64,000 nucleotides of DNA from Gemmatimonadota bacterium (GTDB lineage: Bacteria > Gemmatimonadota > Gemmatimonadetes > Gemmatimonadales > GWC2-71-9): NCBI GenBank assembly GCA_039588055.1, contig JBDHAN010000001.1, positions 26,014-90,013 on the forward strand, written 5' to 3'. Both the position numbers and the translations under genes were made by a program. Under the pieces are notes generated by a model. That model was not told the DNA's origin. It did not search any database and worked only from the letters and a program-made list of their open reading frames with translations. Position 1 is the first letter of the stretch, and every line of letters starts with the position of its first letter. Positions 1-10,885 of this stretch are shown here, piece by piece.

Positions 1-1686
<1,686 letters not shown>

Positions 1687-1749
1687 GCAGCTGCCGGGTT
1701 TCAACTATCAGCAGTCAGCAGGTGAGGGTCGAGGGATAACGGGTAAGGG

Positions 1750-1801
1750 GTGAGGATGAGTGGGGAACGGCGATCCGCTGCATCCCCCACTCGTGACTCA
1801 C
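1750..1801. terminator. Long imperfect hairpin in the convergent intergenic region (possible factor-independent terminator)
   Basis: GTGAG-GATGAGTGGGGA...TCCCCCACTC-GTGA-CTCAC lies between the 3' ends of the malic enzyme (+) and dodecin (-) genes. There is no clear U-tract. Confidence 0.3.
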
Positions 1802-1919
1802 CACGTTCGGCACACAACTCATGGTTCCAGTCCTACCGAATAGCTCGTCACGAATTCCATGACCTTCGACACCGCGAGGATGTCCTCCCCTACATAGCGG
1901 ATACTGTGGGTGTCAGCCC

Positions 1920-2129
1920 TCAGTCATCGAGCGTGAAGCCGATCCGCAGCATGACCTGCCAGTGGGCCAATGCGCCGTCCTCGATGTGGCCGCGGATCTG
2001 GGACACTTCGAGCCATCGCATGTTGCGCACGGTACTTTTGGCCTTCGCAAGCGCGTTGGACACGGCGGTCTCGATGCTTTCCGGAGACGTGCCAACGACC
2101 TCGGTCATCTTGTAGACGTGGTCGGTCAT
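1920..2129 (-). CDS. Dodecin family flavin-binding protein
   Basis: MTDHVYKMTEVVGTSPESIETAVSNALAKA...WLEVSQIRGHIEDGALAHWQVMLRIGFTLDD matches the dodecin pattern. I chose the ATG at 2129 because GGAGG lies 8 nt upstream. The track ORF extends to a GTG at 2177. Confidence 0.8.
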   Translation of the reverse strand: MTDHVYKMTEVVGTSPESIETAVSNALAKAKSTVRNMRWLEVSQIRGHIEDGALAHWQVMLRIGFTLDD

Positions 2130-2269
2130 GAATACTGCCTCCTGTTGAGGTAGCACGGGGCCGATCGGCTGTTTCACCGAACCTGCGATGGAACCGCTTG
2201 CCGGTGCGTGCGTCGGTCGGCATGTTACCGCTCCGACACTCGGATGTCGAGAGGGATAGAAGAGATCGA

Positions 2270-3310
2270 ATGAAACGGCGATCGGCCAGGGCGCGGCAGC
2301 TGCGAATGCGCCGGAAGCTTCTGCAATTCGGCGTCGCTTACCTCGCGATCGTGGCGGCCGGGACCACGGGCTACCTGCTGATCGAGCGGTGGACCGCTCT
2401 CGAATCCCTGTATATGACGGTGATCACGCTCTCCACTGTCGGCTTCAAGGAAGTCCGACCGCTGTCACCCGCGGGGCAGCTGTTCACTGCCGGACTCATC
2501 GTCGCGGGTGTCGGAGCGGTCACCTATCTCTTTGCAGCCATCAGTCAATACATCGTGAGCGGTGAGCTCACAGGTTCCATCCGGAAGGCGCGTATGCAGC
2601 AACGCATTGACGAGTTGAGTGGCCACTACATCGTGTGTGGTTATGGTCGAGTGGGTCAGCAGGTCGTAGTCGACCTTCTCGAGCAGCGGAAGGTGTGCGT
2701 CGTGGTCGAGCTGCAGGAAGAGCCGGTCAGTGGTGCGCCGCAGGGCGCCTATTCCGTGGTGGGTGACGCCTCGGACGACGAGGTACTGGGACGGGCCGGA
2801 ATCGACCGTGCGGCCGGACTCGTTGTGGCGACCGGTGACGACGCCATCAATCTGTTCGTGACCTTGACCGCACGGACGCTCAATGCGGGTCTCACGATCG
2901 TGGCGCGGGCAAACCAGCCGTCCACGGAACCCAAGCTGCGCCGTGCAGGGGCCTCACATATCATCTCGCCTTACACAATCAGCGGGCACCGGATTGCCCG
3001 ACAACTGCTCTACCCGCAGATCATCGACTTTCTAGAAGTCGTGATGCACTCGGACAATCTGGAGTTGGTGCTCGAGCAGTGCCGGGTGCAGCCTGGCAGC
3101 AATATCCACGGCAAGACGGTTGCCGAGGCCGAAGTCCGCAAGCAGACTGGTGCGAACGTGCTGGCGGTCCGCCGACACGATCAAGGGGCAATCCTGACCA
3201 ATCTGCCATCCGAGATGCGGTTTGAGCCGAAGGACGTCATCATCGCGTTGGGCACGCACGAGCAGTTACAGACGCTGGCGGACCTCGCAGGCGACCGCGC
3301 GACCCAGTAA
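2270..3310 (+). CDS. Potassium channel with RCK (TrkA-N / TrkA-C) domains
   Basis: It has two TM helices flanking the selectivity-filter-like TLSTVGFKE, then IVCGYGRVGQ (Rossmann TrkA-N) and a C-terminal TrkA-C. The start is uncertain: ATG at 2270, or an upstream start at 2198. Confidence 0.8.
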   Translation: MKRRSARARQLRMRRKLLQFGVAYLAIVAAGTTGYLLIERWTALESLYMTVITLSTVGFKEVRPLSPAGQLFTAGLIVAGVGAVTYLFAAISQYIVSGELTGSIRKARMQQRIDELSGHYIVCGYGRVGQQVVVDLLEQRKVCVVVELQEEPVSGAPQGAYSVVGDASDDEVLGRAGIDRAAGLVVATGDDAINLFVTLTARTLNAGLTIVARANQPSTEPKLRRAGASHIISPYTISGHRIARQLLYPQIIDFLEVVMHSDNLELVLEQCRVQPGSNIHGKTVAEAEVRKQTGANVLAVRRHDQGAILTNLPSEMRFEPKDVIIALGTHEQLQTLADLAGDRATQ

Positions 3311-3375
3311 CACACGTACACGCGGCCGAGCACTTCTGCACCCGGCCGCGTCACGCGCAATCGAAACGACCGCTG

Positions 3376-3897
3376 CTACCGGCTCAGCGAGCCCGTGAAC
3401 AAGTAGTCGTTGTCCGCCTGCTGAGCATGGCACCCCTGGCATCCACCGACCCGGCCCTGCGCTTCGACCGTGCCGTCGGCCAGACGCTTCACGAAGAACC
3501 AGTTGCCGAAGTCCGGATTGTAGCCGTCCACCTTATACATGATGGTCACCGCGGCGAGCATGCTGTCGGGCATGTAATTCTCTTTCACCACGATGGCCCC
3601 CGCCGGCATCGTGCCCGTCTTGTTGGTCAACGCGTCGAGCGCGGGGCCGTTCACATAGGTCGTGAGCAGCATTCCGTGCGGCTCGGTGCCGGGGTACAAC
3701 TCGCCCTTTCCGGGCCACAGCGGCCAGTCGGCCGTGTAGCTGGCATCCGTCAGGTGTGCCCACAGCGACGCTGCAGTCGTGTCCGGCATCGTCGCCTGCA
3801 TGGACGGCGTGTCTTCAGCCTGCTCCTGCTCGGCCGGCGCACACGCCCCCACCGCCAGTACCACCACAGCAAGTGTAATTCCCGTGAATCGCCTCAT
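3376..3897 (-). CDS. Cytochrome P460 family protein (exported)
   Basis: Signal peptide MRRFTGITLAVVVLAVGACAP and a single C-terminal haem motif CQGCH. The overall pattern (WPLWPG...YVN...VKENY...NWFF) resembles cytochrome P460. Start chosen at the internal ATG 3897. Confidence 0.65.
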   Translation of the reverse strand: MRRFTGITLAVVVLAVGACAPAEQEQAEDTPSMQATMPDTTAASLWAHLTDASYTADWPLWPGKGELYPGTEPHGMLLTTYVNGPALDALTNKTGTMPAGAIVVKENYMPDSMLAAVTIMYKVDGYNPDFGNWFFVKRLADGTVEAQGRVGGCQGCHAQQADNDYLFTGSLSR

Positions 3898-3946
3898 GTC
3901 TCTCTCCATTTCAGCTGGTGAATTTCGTTTCTCCAAGAGTTCGTGA

Positions 3947-5302
3947 TCAGCGCGGCAGTGGTTGCGGGAGATCGGCGACGACATAAGCCATCACCGCCAT
4001 CGCCGCAACACAGCGAGCCATGTCTGCCGGGTCCAGCTTGTCGATCGTATCCGCATCCGAGTGGTGGTACCAGAAGTACTTGGAGCCGTCCACGGTGAGC
4101 CCCATTCCTGGGACCCCCTCACGCATGATCGGGCCAATGTCTGCGCCGCCACCTCGCGGCGTTACGGTACCAGCGTCGATGGGCTCCAAAAGGTTCCCGA
4201 TCTGCCGAACCACCGCGTACGCCTCGTCGGACCCTCCGAACCCGAAGCCCCTGGGCTGGAACACGCCGGCGTCCGACTCGATCGCGAGCACGTGCTTGTC
4301 GAGCTCCTGCCGGTGGCTGTCCCGGTAGGCGATTCCACCCCGAAGGCCGTTCTCCTCGTTGGCCCAGAGCACCACTCTGAGCGTCCTACGGGGCCTCAGG
4401 CCGAGGCGCTGGATAAGTCGCACGGCCTCCCACGCCGCCACGCTGCCGCCACCATCGTCCATGGCACCCTGCCCCACGTCCCACGAATCGATGTGACCGC
4501 CCAAGACGACGACCTCGTCAGGTCGCTCGGAGCCCCGAAGTTCTGCGACCACGTTCCGGGATGCCACGTCGGGGAGAGTGCGCGCTGCGAGTCTGAGCCG
4601 CACCACCACCTGGTCGCCGCGATCCACCATCCGCTGCAGCATCTCGGCATCCTCCACCGTGATCGCCGCGAAGGGGATGCGCGGCACACCATCGGCATAG
4701 CTCATTGCCCCGGTGTGGGGGGTCTGCAGCGAGTGCGGTGTCACCGACCGCAGGAGCGCAGCAACGGCCCCGACCCGCGCCGCCGCAATGGCGCCACCTC
4801 CACGGTAGCGCACGGTCTGTCCGTAGGTGGTGAATGGCACATTGAACAGCACGATCTTGCCTCGGGCTTCACCCGCCCGAGCTTCGAGCTCCTCGTAGCT
4901 TCGGACGACGACCACCTCACCGGCAATGCCGTCCGGCGGCGTCCCGACACTCCCGCCGAGGCTCAGCATCGGCAGCTCACGACGCCGTGGTTCGAGCAGC
5001 TCCGCCGACTCTTCGCCTCGAACCCATCGGGGCACCATCACGGGTTCGCCGCGCACGTCCTCCAGTCCATCACGGGCCATCTCCGCGAGGATCCAGTCCA
5101 GCGCGTGCTCCAGGTTCTCCGATCCACTGAACCGCGCGCCGAACCGGTCGACCAATTCCGCGAGTCGCTCATAGGCCCCGCTGTCCGACAACGCAGCGTG
5201 GATGATCCGATTGGCAACGGGTCGATATCGCTCGACGGCCTCCGCTTCTTGAGCCTCCAACGGCGCAGCGTGTATGATTGCAGCCGTGGCCATGCAGGAC
5301 AT
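3947..5302 (-). CDS. M28 family metallopeptidase with PA domain
   Basis: HIDSWDVGQGAMDDGGG, WANEENGLRGG and WYHHSDADT are M28 zinc-ligand motifs. The start was moved to ATG 5302 to avoid overlap with the upstream gene and to give a signal-like N-terminus. Confidence 0.8.
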   Translation of the reverse strand: MSCMATAAIIHAAPLEAQEAEAVERYRPVANRIIHAALSDSGAYERLAELVDRFGARFSGSENLEHALDWILAEMARDGLEDVRGEPVMVPRWVRGEESAELLEPRRRELPMLSLGGSVGTPPDGIAGEVVVVRSYEELEARAGEARGKIVLFNVPFTTYGQTVRYRGGGAIAAARVGAVAALLRSVTPHSLQTPHTGAMSYADGVPRIPFAAITVEDAEMLQRMVDRGDQVVVRLRLAARTLPDVASRNVVAELRGSERPDEVVVLGGHIDSWDVGQGAMDDGGGSVAAWEAVRLIQRLGLRPRRTLRVVLWANEENGLRGGIAYRDSHRQELDKHVLAIESDAGVFQPRGFGFGGSDEAYAVVRQIGNLLEPIDAGTVTPRGGGADIGPIMREGVPGMGLTVDGSKYFWYHHSDADTIDKLDPADMARCVAAMAVMAYVVADLPQPLPR

Positions 5303-5354
5303 GGCGCTGCAGCACCGCCGGAGCAATGCTCGGGTGTTCGGTTGGCTCACTGGT

Positions 5355-6956
5355 CTAGTCCTCGGGAACGCGGAGAATCGGGTAGTAACGGGCACCATCG
5401 AGGCTCTCGTCCACCACATTCCAATTGACGACGCCGTCGTCGGCGCGTGGCTCGAGCAGCGCAAACGCGAGCCGGCCCAACGGCTGCGCCACGGGTACGC
5501 GCACCGTCCCGCCCGGAACCGTAGTCTCTAGCCACTCATATGAACCGTGGACGGTGCGTTCGCGATGTCCCTGGAACTCCCGCCCCATGACGGTGGTGGA
5601 ATCGATAACGAACCGCTCAACCAGGAACCGTTCATCGCGCGTGAGCCGCGTCGATCGCACTCCATGATCCGCCAACAGCCGGAGCACGGGCGTGAGTTCC
5701 GCCGGCACCAGGTATGCGACCGGCGCCGGCGACGCCTCGCTCGCGCGAAACGCGCCGAACTCGGGCATGCGCTCAGGATGGACGACATCCAGGCGGCGGT
5801 ACATGGGCCGCCCAGTGTAGGGATTGCGCTCCTCGGTGACTTCGCCCAGCAGCACCGTTACCGAATCCGGAGATCGTCGCGGGACGGCTCGGAGGGTTAG
5901 CTCACGCCCAACGATGCTCGTCCTGTCTGCCGATTCGACTACGGTCCGGATGCTGGACGCATGCCGGTACGCGAAGTCGACCACTTCTTCGACAAACCAC
6001 CGCGTCCCATTGATGCGGTCCTCGAACGTGGCGTACGCATAGGCCTCGCTCAGGATCGCGAACCGATTGCGCAGTCCAATGTAGTTGGTGTTGAACCGCG
6101 CCCGGTGATCAAAGGTGTACCACCCACGTTCGGCGCGGCTGCCCCGCCACGGCAAATTGCCGTAGTAGTAGTAGTCCCACCCGCGTTCGTCCTTGATCAC
6201 CTGCGTCACTGCCGGGAGCCACTCGCGACGGAGCAAGTCCGTGATACCCGAATCGGTATCAGGATGGAGCCCAGGTGCGTAGAGCAGTTGATAGGCCCGT
6301 CGCGTTCCGTTCGTGGTGTGAAGGTCCAACAGTACATGCGGATCCCACCGGTTCATGAATGCGACCAGCGACCGCGCCTCCGGCGACTCAAGCTTCATGT
6401 GATCGCGGTTGAGATCCAACCCCTGGGCATTCGCACGCTGTCCCATCCCACCGACTGGACCGTGTTGCCCCGGCCGGTTGGTGAGCCGTACCCGCTCGTT
6501 GCCGTCGGCGTTGTAGATGGGCGAAAAGATCAACACCAACGAATCGAGCCACTCACCGTGCTCGCCGGCCGCAATTTGCCGGAGCAGGATCTGCACGGCT
6601 TCCTTTCCGCACACTTCGCCGGCATGAATGTTGGCCTGCACGAAGACACGCGTCTTTCCCGAGGCCCGCACAGCATCCGGGTCCGCCCCACGTATGTCAC
6701 CGACCACAATCACGGGTAGTGGACGTCCCTCCAACGAGTAGCCGAAGGTCGTGACGTGGATGCGCGACGAGGATGCCGCCACCTGATCGACGAAGCGGAT
6801 GACATCGTCGTACGTGCTGGTCTCCCGATATTGTGTGCGTTCCGGTCTGGTCAAGAGAGTCGTCAGGTTCGCCGCCTGGGCATGTGAACGCGGGACGAAC
6901 ATCATGGAACTCATGGCAACGACTATGACCGTGTGGTATGACCGCACTGCGTTCAT
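5355..6956 (-). CDS. M14 family zinc carboxypeptidase (secreted)
   Basis: QANIHAGEVCGKEA (HxxE zinc motif), LDLNRD and LDLHTTNG. Signal peptide MNAVRSYHTVIVVAMSSMMFVPRSHAQA starts at ATG 6956. Confidence 0.8.
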   Translation of the reverse strand: MNAVRSYHTVIVVAMSSMMFVPRSHAQAANLTTLLTRPERTQYRETSTYDDVIRFVDQVAASSSRIHVTTFGYSLEGRPLPVIVVGDIRGADPDAVRASGKTRVFVQANIHAGEVCGKEAVQILLRQIAAGEHGEWLDSLVLIFSPIYNADGNERVRLTNRPGQHGPVGGMGQRANAQGLDLNRDHMKLESPEARSLVAFMNRWDPHVLLDLHTTNGTRRAYQLLYAPGLHPDTDSGITDLLRREWLPAVTQVIKDERGWDYYYYGNLPWRGSRAERGWYTFDHRARFNTNYIGLRNRFAILSEAYAYATFEDRINGTRWFVEEVVDFAYRHASSIRTVVESADRTSIVGRELTLRAVPRRSPDSVTVLLGEVTEERNPYTGRPMYRRLDVVHPERMPEFGAFRASEASPAPVAYLVPAELTPVLRLLADHGVRSTRLTRDERFLVERFVIDSTTVMGREFQGHRERTVHGSYEWLETTVPGGTVRVPVAQPLGRLAFALLEPRADDGVVNWNVVDESLDGARYYPILRVPED

Positions 6957-7134
6957 CGGGCGTGCCCCCGGGAGAAGAGATCCGCCGAATGTAATCGGTC
7001 GTCTGAGGTCACGCTCCCCCGACGCGGAGGTCAAGGGCGACGATTGGCAGCTGGAACGATGGAAGCCACCAATCCCACAGACCAGTGGCTTCCGATGTCT
7101 CGTCTGCTCGGCGCGCCCGCCGCAGAGCCGCCGG

Positions 7135-7602
7135 TTACCCACCCACGGCAAACGCGAATACGGTCGGCTTCACGAGTTGCTCGAAATCCCGGTATGCGAG
7201 CCTGATCAGCTCCGTGTGTGTGCACGCGTTGAACGCGATCTCATCGTCGGCGGCGAGCTGACGATCGGCGAAGACCGGCATGTCGTAGAGATTGCCGAAG
7301 GGCGGCATTGCTCCGACTTCACACTCGGGGAACTTGTGGCGGAAATCCTCCTCGCTGGCGAGCTCGACGCGCGCACCACCGAGGCCTTCCTTGAGGCGGG
7401 CGAAGTCGACCTGTGACGGCGCCGGCAGCACTGCCATGGCCAATTTCCCGTCGACTTTGATGACCACAGTCTTCGCGAGTTCCTTGCCCGGCACATGCGC
7501 GGTCGCGGCCGTCTTCTGCGACGTGTACGCCGGCGAATGGCGAACAGTCTCATAGGCAACCCGGTTCTCGTCGAGAAACTTCTTGAGCGTATTGAGCGGC
7601 AT
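7135..7602 (-). CDS. YbaK/ProX-like aminoacyl-tRNA editing (deacylase) domain protein
   Basis: 155 aa. The segments LAKTVVIKVDGKLAMAVLP..., GAMPPFGNLY and DDEIAFNAC fit the YbaK/EbsC fold. A strong SD (GGGAGGGGGA) precedes the ATG. Confidence 0.75.
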   Translation of the reverse strand: MPLNTLKKFLDENRVAYETVRHSPAYTSQKTAATAHVPGKELAKTVVIKVDGKLAMAVLPAPSQVDFARLKEGLGGARVELASEEDFRHKFPECEVGAMPPFGNLYDMPVFADRQLAADDEIAFNACTHTELIRLAYRDFEQLVKPTVFAFAVGG

Positions 7603-7964
7603 GATGTCCCCCTCCCGGAGCCACTTATAATCCTGTGCTCAGCGTACCGTTGATGGCAAGACGCCAAGCTTCATCGGGGATTCACACTCGTTTTAGGACG
7701 TCGGACGCATTTTTTCCCCGGTAGGGTATGTCGCTCCCTTACCCACCTCAGGATGGCGCGCTGAGGTGCCGTACAAGAAGAGCAATTCGCGACAGGCTCT
7801 GACTTGCAGCGCTCACATTGGCGAACCATGCGGTCGCGGCCGAACCGTATGGGAATGGAGGCCGGAGCTTCCCGTCGCCCTACCGCGAACCCAAATTGAG
7901 GCACCGGCGGCGAGGGAAAGAAGAACGGAGGGAGCAATCCCCCGTCCCCGGCTAACTGATGTGT

Positions 7965-8006
7965 GGGGCGCCCGATCACAACCGGAGCGGGCGCCCCAGT
8001 TTTTTT
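7965..8006 (+). terminator. Rho-independent terminator with no upstream plus-strand CDS
   Basis: Perfect 10-bp GC stem GGGGCGCCCG (7965-7974) / CGGGCGCCCC (7988-7997) with a 13-nt loop, then AG and TTTTTTT (8000-8006). Confidence 0.7.
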
Positions 8007-8075
8007 AGCGTGTGACCGCGCGCGCCCACGCACAGTATCTGAGGGTGGATCAGCACCGTCGCAGGAGGGTCTCAC

Positions 8076-8555
8076 TTGGCGCTCACCCACCCACGCCGCC
8101 GCGTCGCCACGATCCTAGTCTCCGTGGGAACCGTGCTTGCATGTAGTGACCGCCTCGGACCCCTACCAGCCCCCGGCGTCGAACTCATCCCGACGGGTCT
8201 CGTCACAACGCTCGATCCTGCCGCGGCTGCCGGTGCTCCCTACACGATCGACTCCCTACGTGTTCAGTCCGACAGTCTCTATCTGGGCGTTTCGTACGCG
8301 GGTGGGTGTCGGCAGCATCAGTTCCAACTCGTGTTGTCGACCAGTTTCATGGAGTCGGAGCCGGTGCAGACACGGGCTGTGTTGTCACATGACGATCATG
8401 AGGACGCGTGTGAGGCGCTCCTGCAGGACGTGCTGAGCGCGACGCTCGAGCCGATCAAGCACGAGTGGCAGCGGTCGTACCAGTCGCCGTCCGGGACGAT
8501 TCTCCTCAGGCTCTGGACGGCCGCCGAGCCGATCACGATTCCGTACACCTTCTAG
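8076..8555 (+). CDS. Hypothetical lipoprotein
   Basis: TTG start with AGGAGG 8 nt upstream. Lipobox-like signal VGTVLAC. Contains a YAGGC...HQF...ESEPVQ...SHDDHEDAC pattern. I recognise no family. Confidence 0.55.
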   Translation: MALTHPRRRVATILVSVGTVLACSDRLGPLPAPGVELIPTGLVTTLDPAAAAGAPYTIDSLRVQSDSLYLGVSYAGGCRQHQFQLVLSTSFMESEPVQTRAVLSHDDHEDACEALLQDVLSATLEPIKHEWQRSYQSPSGTILLRLWTAAEPITIPYTF

Positions 8556-8580
8556 ACCATGCCGCGCCGCCGCGGCATGG

Positions 8581-10707
8581 TCACATGGTGCTGTGGGCAA
8601 AGCGCTGCTCGAGCTGCCGCAGACCGGCCGGAGTGCCGATGATCGTGAGGCGATCGCCTTCCCGCAGCACGGTTCGGCCCTGAGGGACCAGCATCTCGCC
8701 GTACCGACGGATCAACGCGATCAGGCACCCGGGCGGTAGGTCGAGATCGCGAATCGGATGACCGATCAGCGATTCCGTCGCTGCCTCCGATCGAATCTTC
8801 AGCGACATGAACCGGTCGTCGCGGAGGAGAGTCTCCTTCAGATCCTGCTCATGTCGACTGTCGAGCCAAGCCGGCATGAAGCTCTCGTCCTCGACCCTTC
8901 CGGCTAGCTGCGCGAGAATGCGGAGATGCTGGCCTGGATCCAACTCGCCGCTCACGAGGAAAAAGACCGCCCGGATGGGTACGTCTGCTGCTTGCCGCAC
9001 CATGTCCTCGTCCTCGCTCGGCACTTGCACGCCCTCGGTGCACCGTACGAGCACCATCGCCGACGTTTCGAGCGTGGGAAGCCGAGTGTGCAGAAGCGCT
9101 GCGCCGTGCGAGACCGGCGTCCCACCCATCTGCACGCCTCGGCCAAACGCCTCGAACAACTCGTCGCTCCGGACGGGAAGGCGTCGATCCAGCCGGTCTG
9201 AGGCCTCGCGAATGACGCTCTCGAGTCTGACCGAGACGCTGAAGTCCAGGACCGCCGCGCGGGCCACGACTTCGTCAAAAGGATCCTCCGCGCGAAGGCC
9301 CTTTTCTTTCATGAGGTCGCGCAGCTCGCGGTCCAACCCAGCATAGCGCCGCTTGCCGAGCCGCTCAAACACGTGGTAGATCGCTCCGTCACGTCCGATG
9401 CGCGGCTTCGCGTAATAGGTGTACCAGCCAAAACAGAGTGCGGTGACCCCGACGGTGGCGAGCACCGGCATCCAGCCCATTTCTGCCACGAGCACGACTG
9501 GGACGAACAGACCGATCAGCTGTACCCACGGATAGAGCGGTGTCTTGAAACCCGGGTCATACGACTCGATGCGGCTCTCGCGCATGACGATGACGGCCAC
9601 GTTGATGAGCGCGAAGAGGAGGAGCTGCAACGCGCTCGCAAGCTTCGCCACCTCCTCAACGTTCAGCACGACGAGAAAGAGCCCCAACAAGCCACATGTG
9701 AGCAGGATGGCCTTCGTGGGCGTTCCCCGCCGCCCCGTTGCGGTCAGATGCTCAGGGAAGATTCTGTCCCGCGCCATGGCGAGCGGATAGCGTGATGCCG
9801 CGAGAATGCCAGCGTTGGCCATCGAGGCAAACGCGGCAATGGCCGCCAGCACCACCAGCCAGACCACTGCGCGCGTCGGCAGCACGGCCGTGAAGCCCTC
9901 GGCCGTCGCCGCAACCGGCGTGAGGCTATTGCTCAGGCCCTCCGCACCCAGCACCATGACCATCAGGAACACGCCGGCGACGTACACAACCACCACCGTG
10001 AGGAGGGCAAGCATCATCCCCAACGGGATGTTGCGTTCCGGGTCTTCGACCTCCTCTGCGAGACTCGCAACCTTGGTCAACCCGATATACGAGATGAAGA
10101 CCAACCCTACCGTCCCCAGCAGCCCGTCAACACCGTTCGGCAACAGCGGCGTGAATCGGTCGCGCACACTCGGCATCTCACCGCCAACGCCCAGTTCGAG
10201 GAAGCCTGCGACGATGAAGAACGCCAGTATCGTCAGCAGCGCGACCACGAAGATCCGAAGCAGACCGCTCGACTGCTTCGCCCCGGCAATGTTGAGGACC
10301 CCAAAGGCCACCGTCATCACGAGCGCGGTTGGGATGGGCGGCACATTCAGCACCAGTGCCAAGTAGGCGCCCATGCCGATGAGCGCAAAGGCACTCTTGA
10401 GCACCAGGGCGAGCCACGTGCCGACACCGCCAATGGTCCCCATCAGAGGCCCAAGCGTGCGGTCGAGGAAATAGTAGGCTCCGCCGGCTCTCGGCATTGC
10501 TGTCGCCAGCTCGGCCTGACTCAGCATGGCCGGGATGATCAGGAGTCCCGAAATGGCATATGCGAGCACCACACCCGACCCAGCGCCCGCGGCCGCCACA
10601 CCCGGGAGGAGGAAGAACCCCGAGCTGACCATGGCGCCCGTGCTGATCACATAGACGTCGAACAGCCTCAGCTGCTTCTTGAGCCTCGCGAAATCGCTAA
10701 CGGCCAT
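8581..10707 (-). CDS. APC-superfamily amino acid permease fused to C-terminal PTS-EIIA(type 2)-like and TrkA-C domains
   Basis: About 12 TM helices with the APC-like N-terminus FDVYVISTGAMVSSGFFLLPG. The C-terminus has an EIIA-2-like block (GGTPVSHGAALLHTRLP...AVFFLVSG...HLRILAQLA) and then TrkA-C (LPPGCLIALIRRYGEMLVPQGRTVLREGDRLTIIG). Confidence 0.8.
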   Translation of the reverse strand: MAVSDFARLKKQLRLFDVYVISTGAMVSSGFFLLPGVAAAGAGSGVVLAYAISGLLIIPAMLSQAELATAMPRAGGAYYFLDRTLGPLMGTIGGVGTWLALVLKSAFALIGMGAYLALVLNVPPIPTALVMTVAFGVLNIAGAKQSSGLLRIFVVALLTILAFFIVAGFLELGVGGEMPSVRDRFTPLLPNGVDGLLGTVGLVFISYIGLTKVASLAEEVEDPERNIPLGMMLALLTVVVVYVAGVFLMVMVLGAEGLSNSLTPVAATAEGFTAVLPTRAVVWLVVLAAIAAFASMANAGILAASRYPLAMARDRIFPEHLTATGRRGTPTKAILLTCGLLGLFLVVLNVEEVAKLASALQLLLFALINVAVIVMRESRIESYDPGFKTPLYPWVQLIGLFVPVVLVAEMGWMPVLATVGVTALCFGWYTYYAKPRIGRDGAIYHVFERLGKRRYAGLDRELRDLMKEKGLRAEDPFDEVVARAAVLDFSVSVRLESVIREASDRLDRRLPVRSDELFEAFGRGVQMGGTPVSHGAALLHTRLPTLETSAMVLVRCTEGVQVPSEDEDMVRQAADVPIRAVFFLVSGELDPGQHLRILAQLAGRVEDESFMPAWLDSRHEQDLKETLLRDDRFMSLKIRSEAATESLIGHPIRDLDLPPGCLIALIRRYGEMLVPQGRTVLREGDRLTIIGTPAGLRQLEQRFAHSTM

Positions 10708-10885
10708 AGTCTTGCTAAGTTCTTTTCCCTAGCTATTTTATCCCCCTGCCAGCCGAGCAGGGCGGACGGCGTCCGCCGTCCGGTTTGAGCGGTCTACAAC
10801 AGTACGCTTGACACGCGGTGGAGGCTAGAAGGCTGCCAGCCAGCGGCCATCGCCGGTATGGATTTTGCGCTCTTGGAGATACAGG

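Noticed and set aside
1750-2115. A 121-aa plus-strand ORF after the malic enzyme gene.
   Set aside because: It overlaps the dodecin gene on the opposite strand. The dodecin gene has a strong family match and an SD sequence. This ORF has no motifs.
3962-5428. A 488-aa plus-strand ORF.
   Set aside because: It is antisense to the M28 peptidase gene, which has clear catalytic motifs. Its composition is Arg/His/Pro-rich. It is a shadow ORF.
7626-7631. A perfect TATAAT hexamer on the plus strand as the promoter for the putative leader/sRNA.
   Set aside because: There is no acceptable -35 element at 16-19 bp spacing, and the hexamer lies inside the 5' UTR/SD region of the minus-strand ybaK-like gene. 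The evidence is insufficient to annotate a promoter.
7850-7965. Possible cobalamin or fluoride riboswitch. GGGAA...AAUCC...CCCGGCUAACUGAUG vaguely resembles the cobalamin core, and GGCUAACUGAUG resembles the fluoride GGCUAAUGA.
   Set aside because: There is no B12 box (GCCACUG). The spacing between the GGGAA and AAUCC elements is wrong, the fluoride pseudoknot elements are absent, and the downstream gene is not a typical regulon member. I kept it only as an unclassified structured leader.
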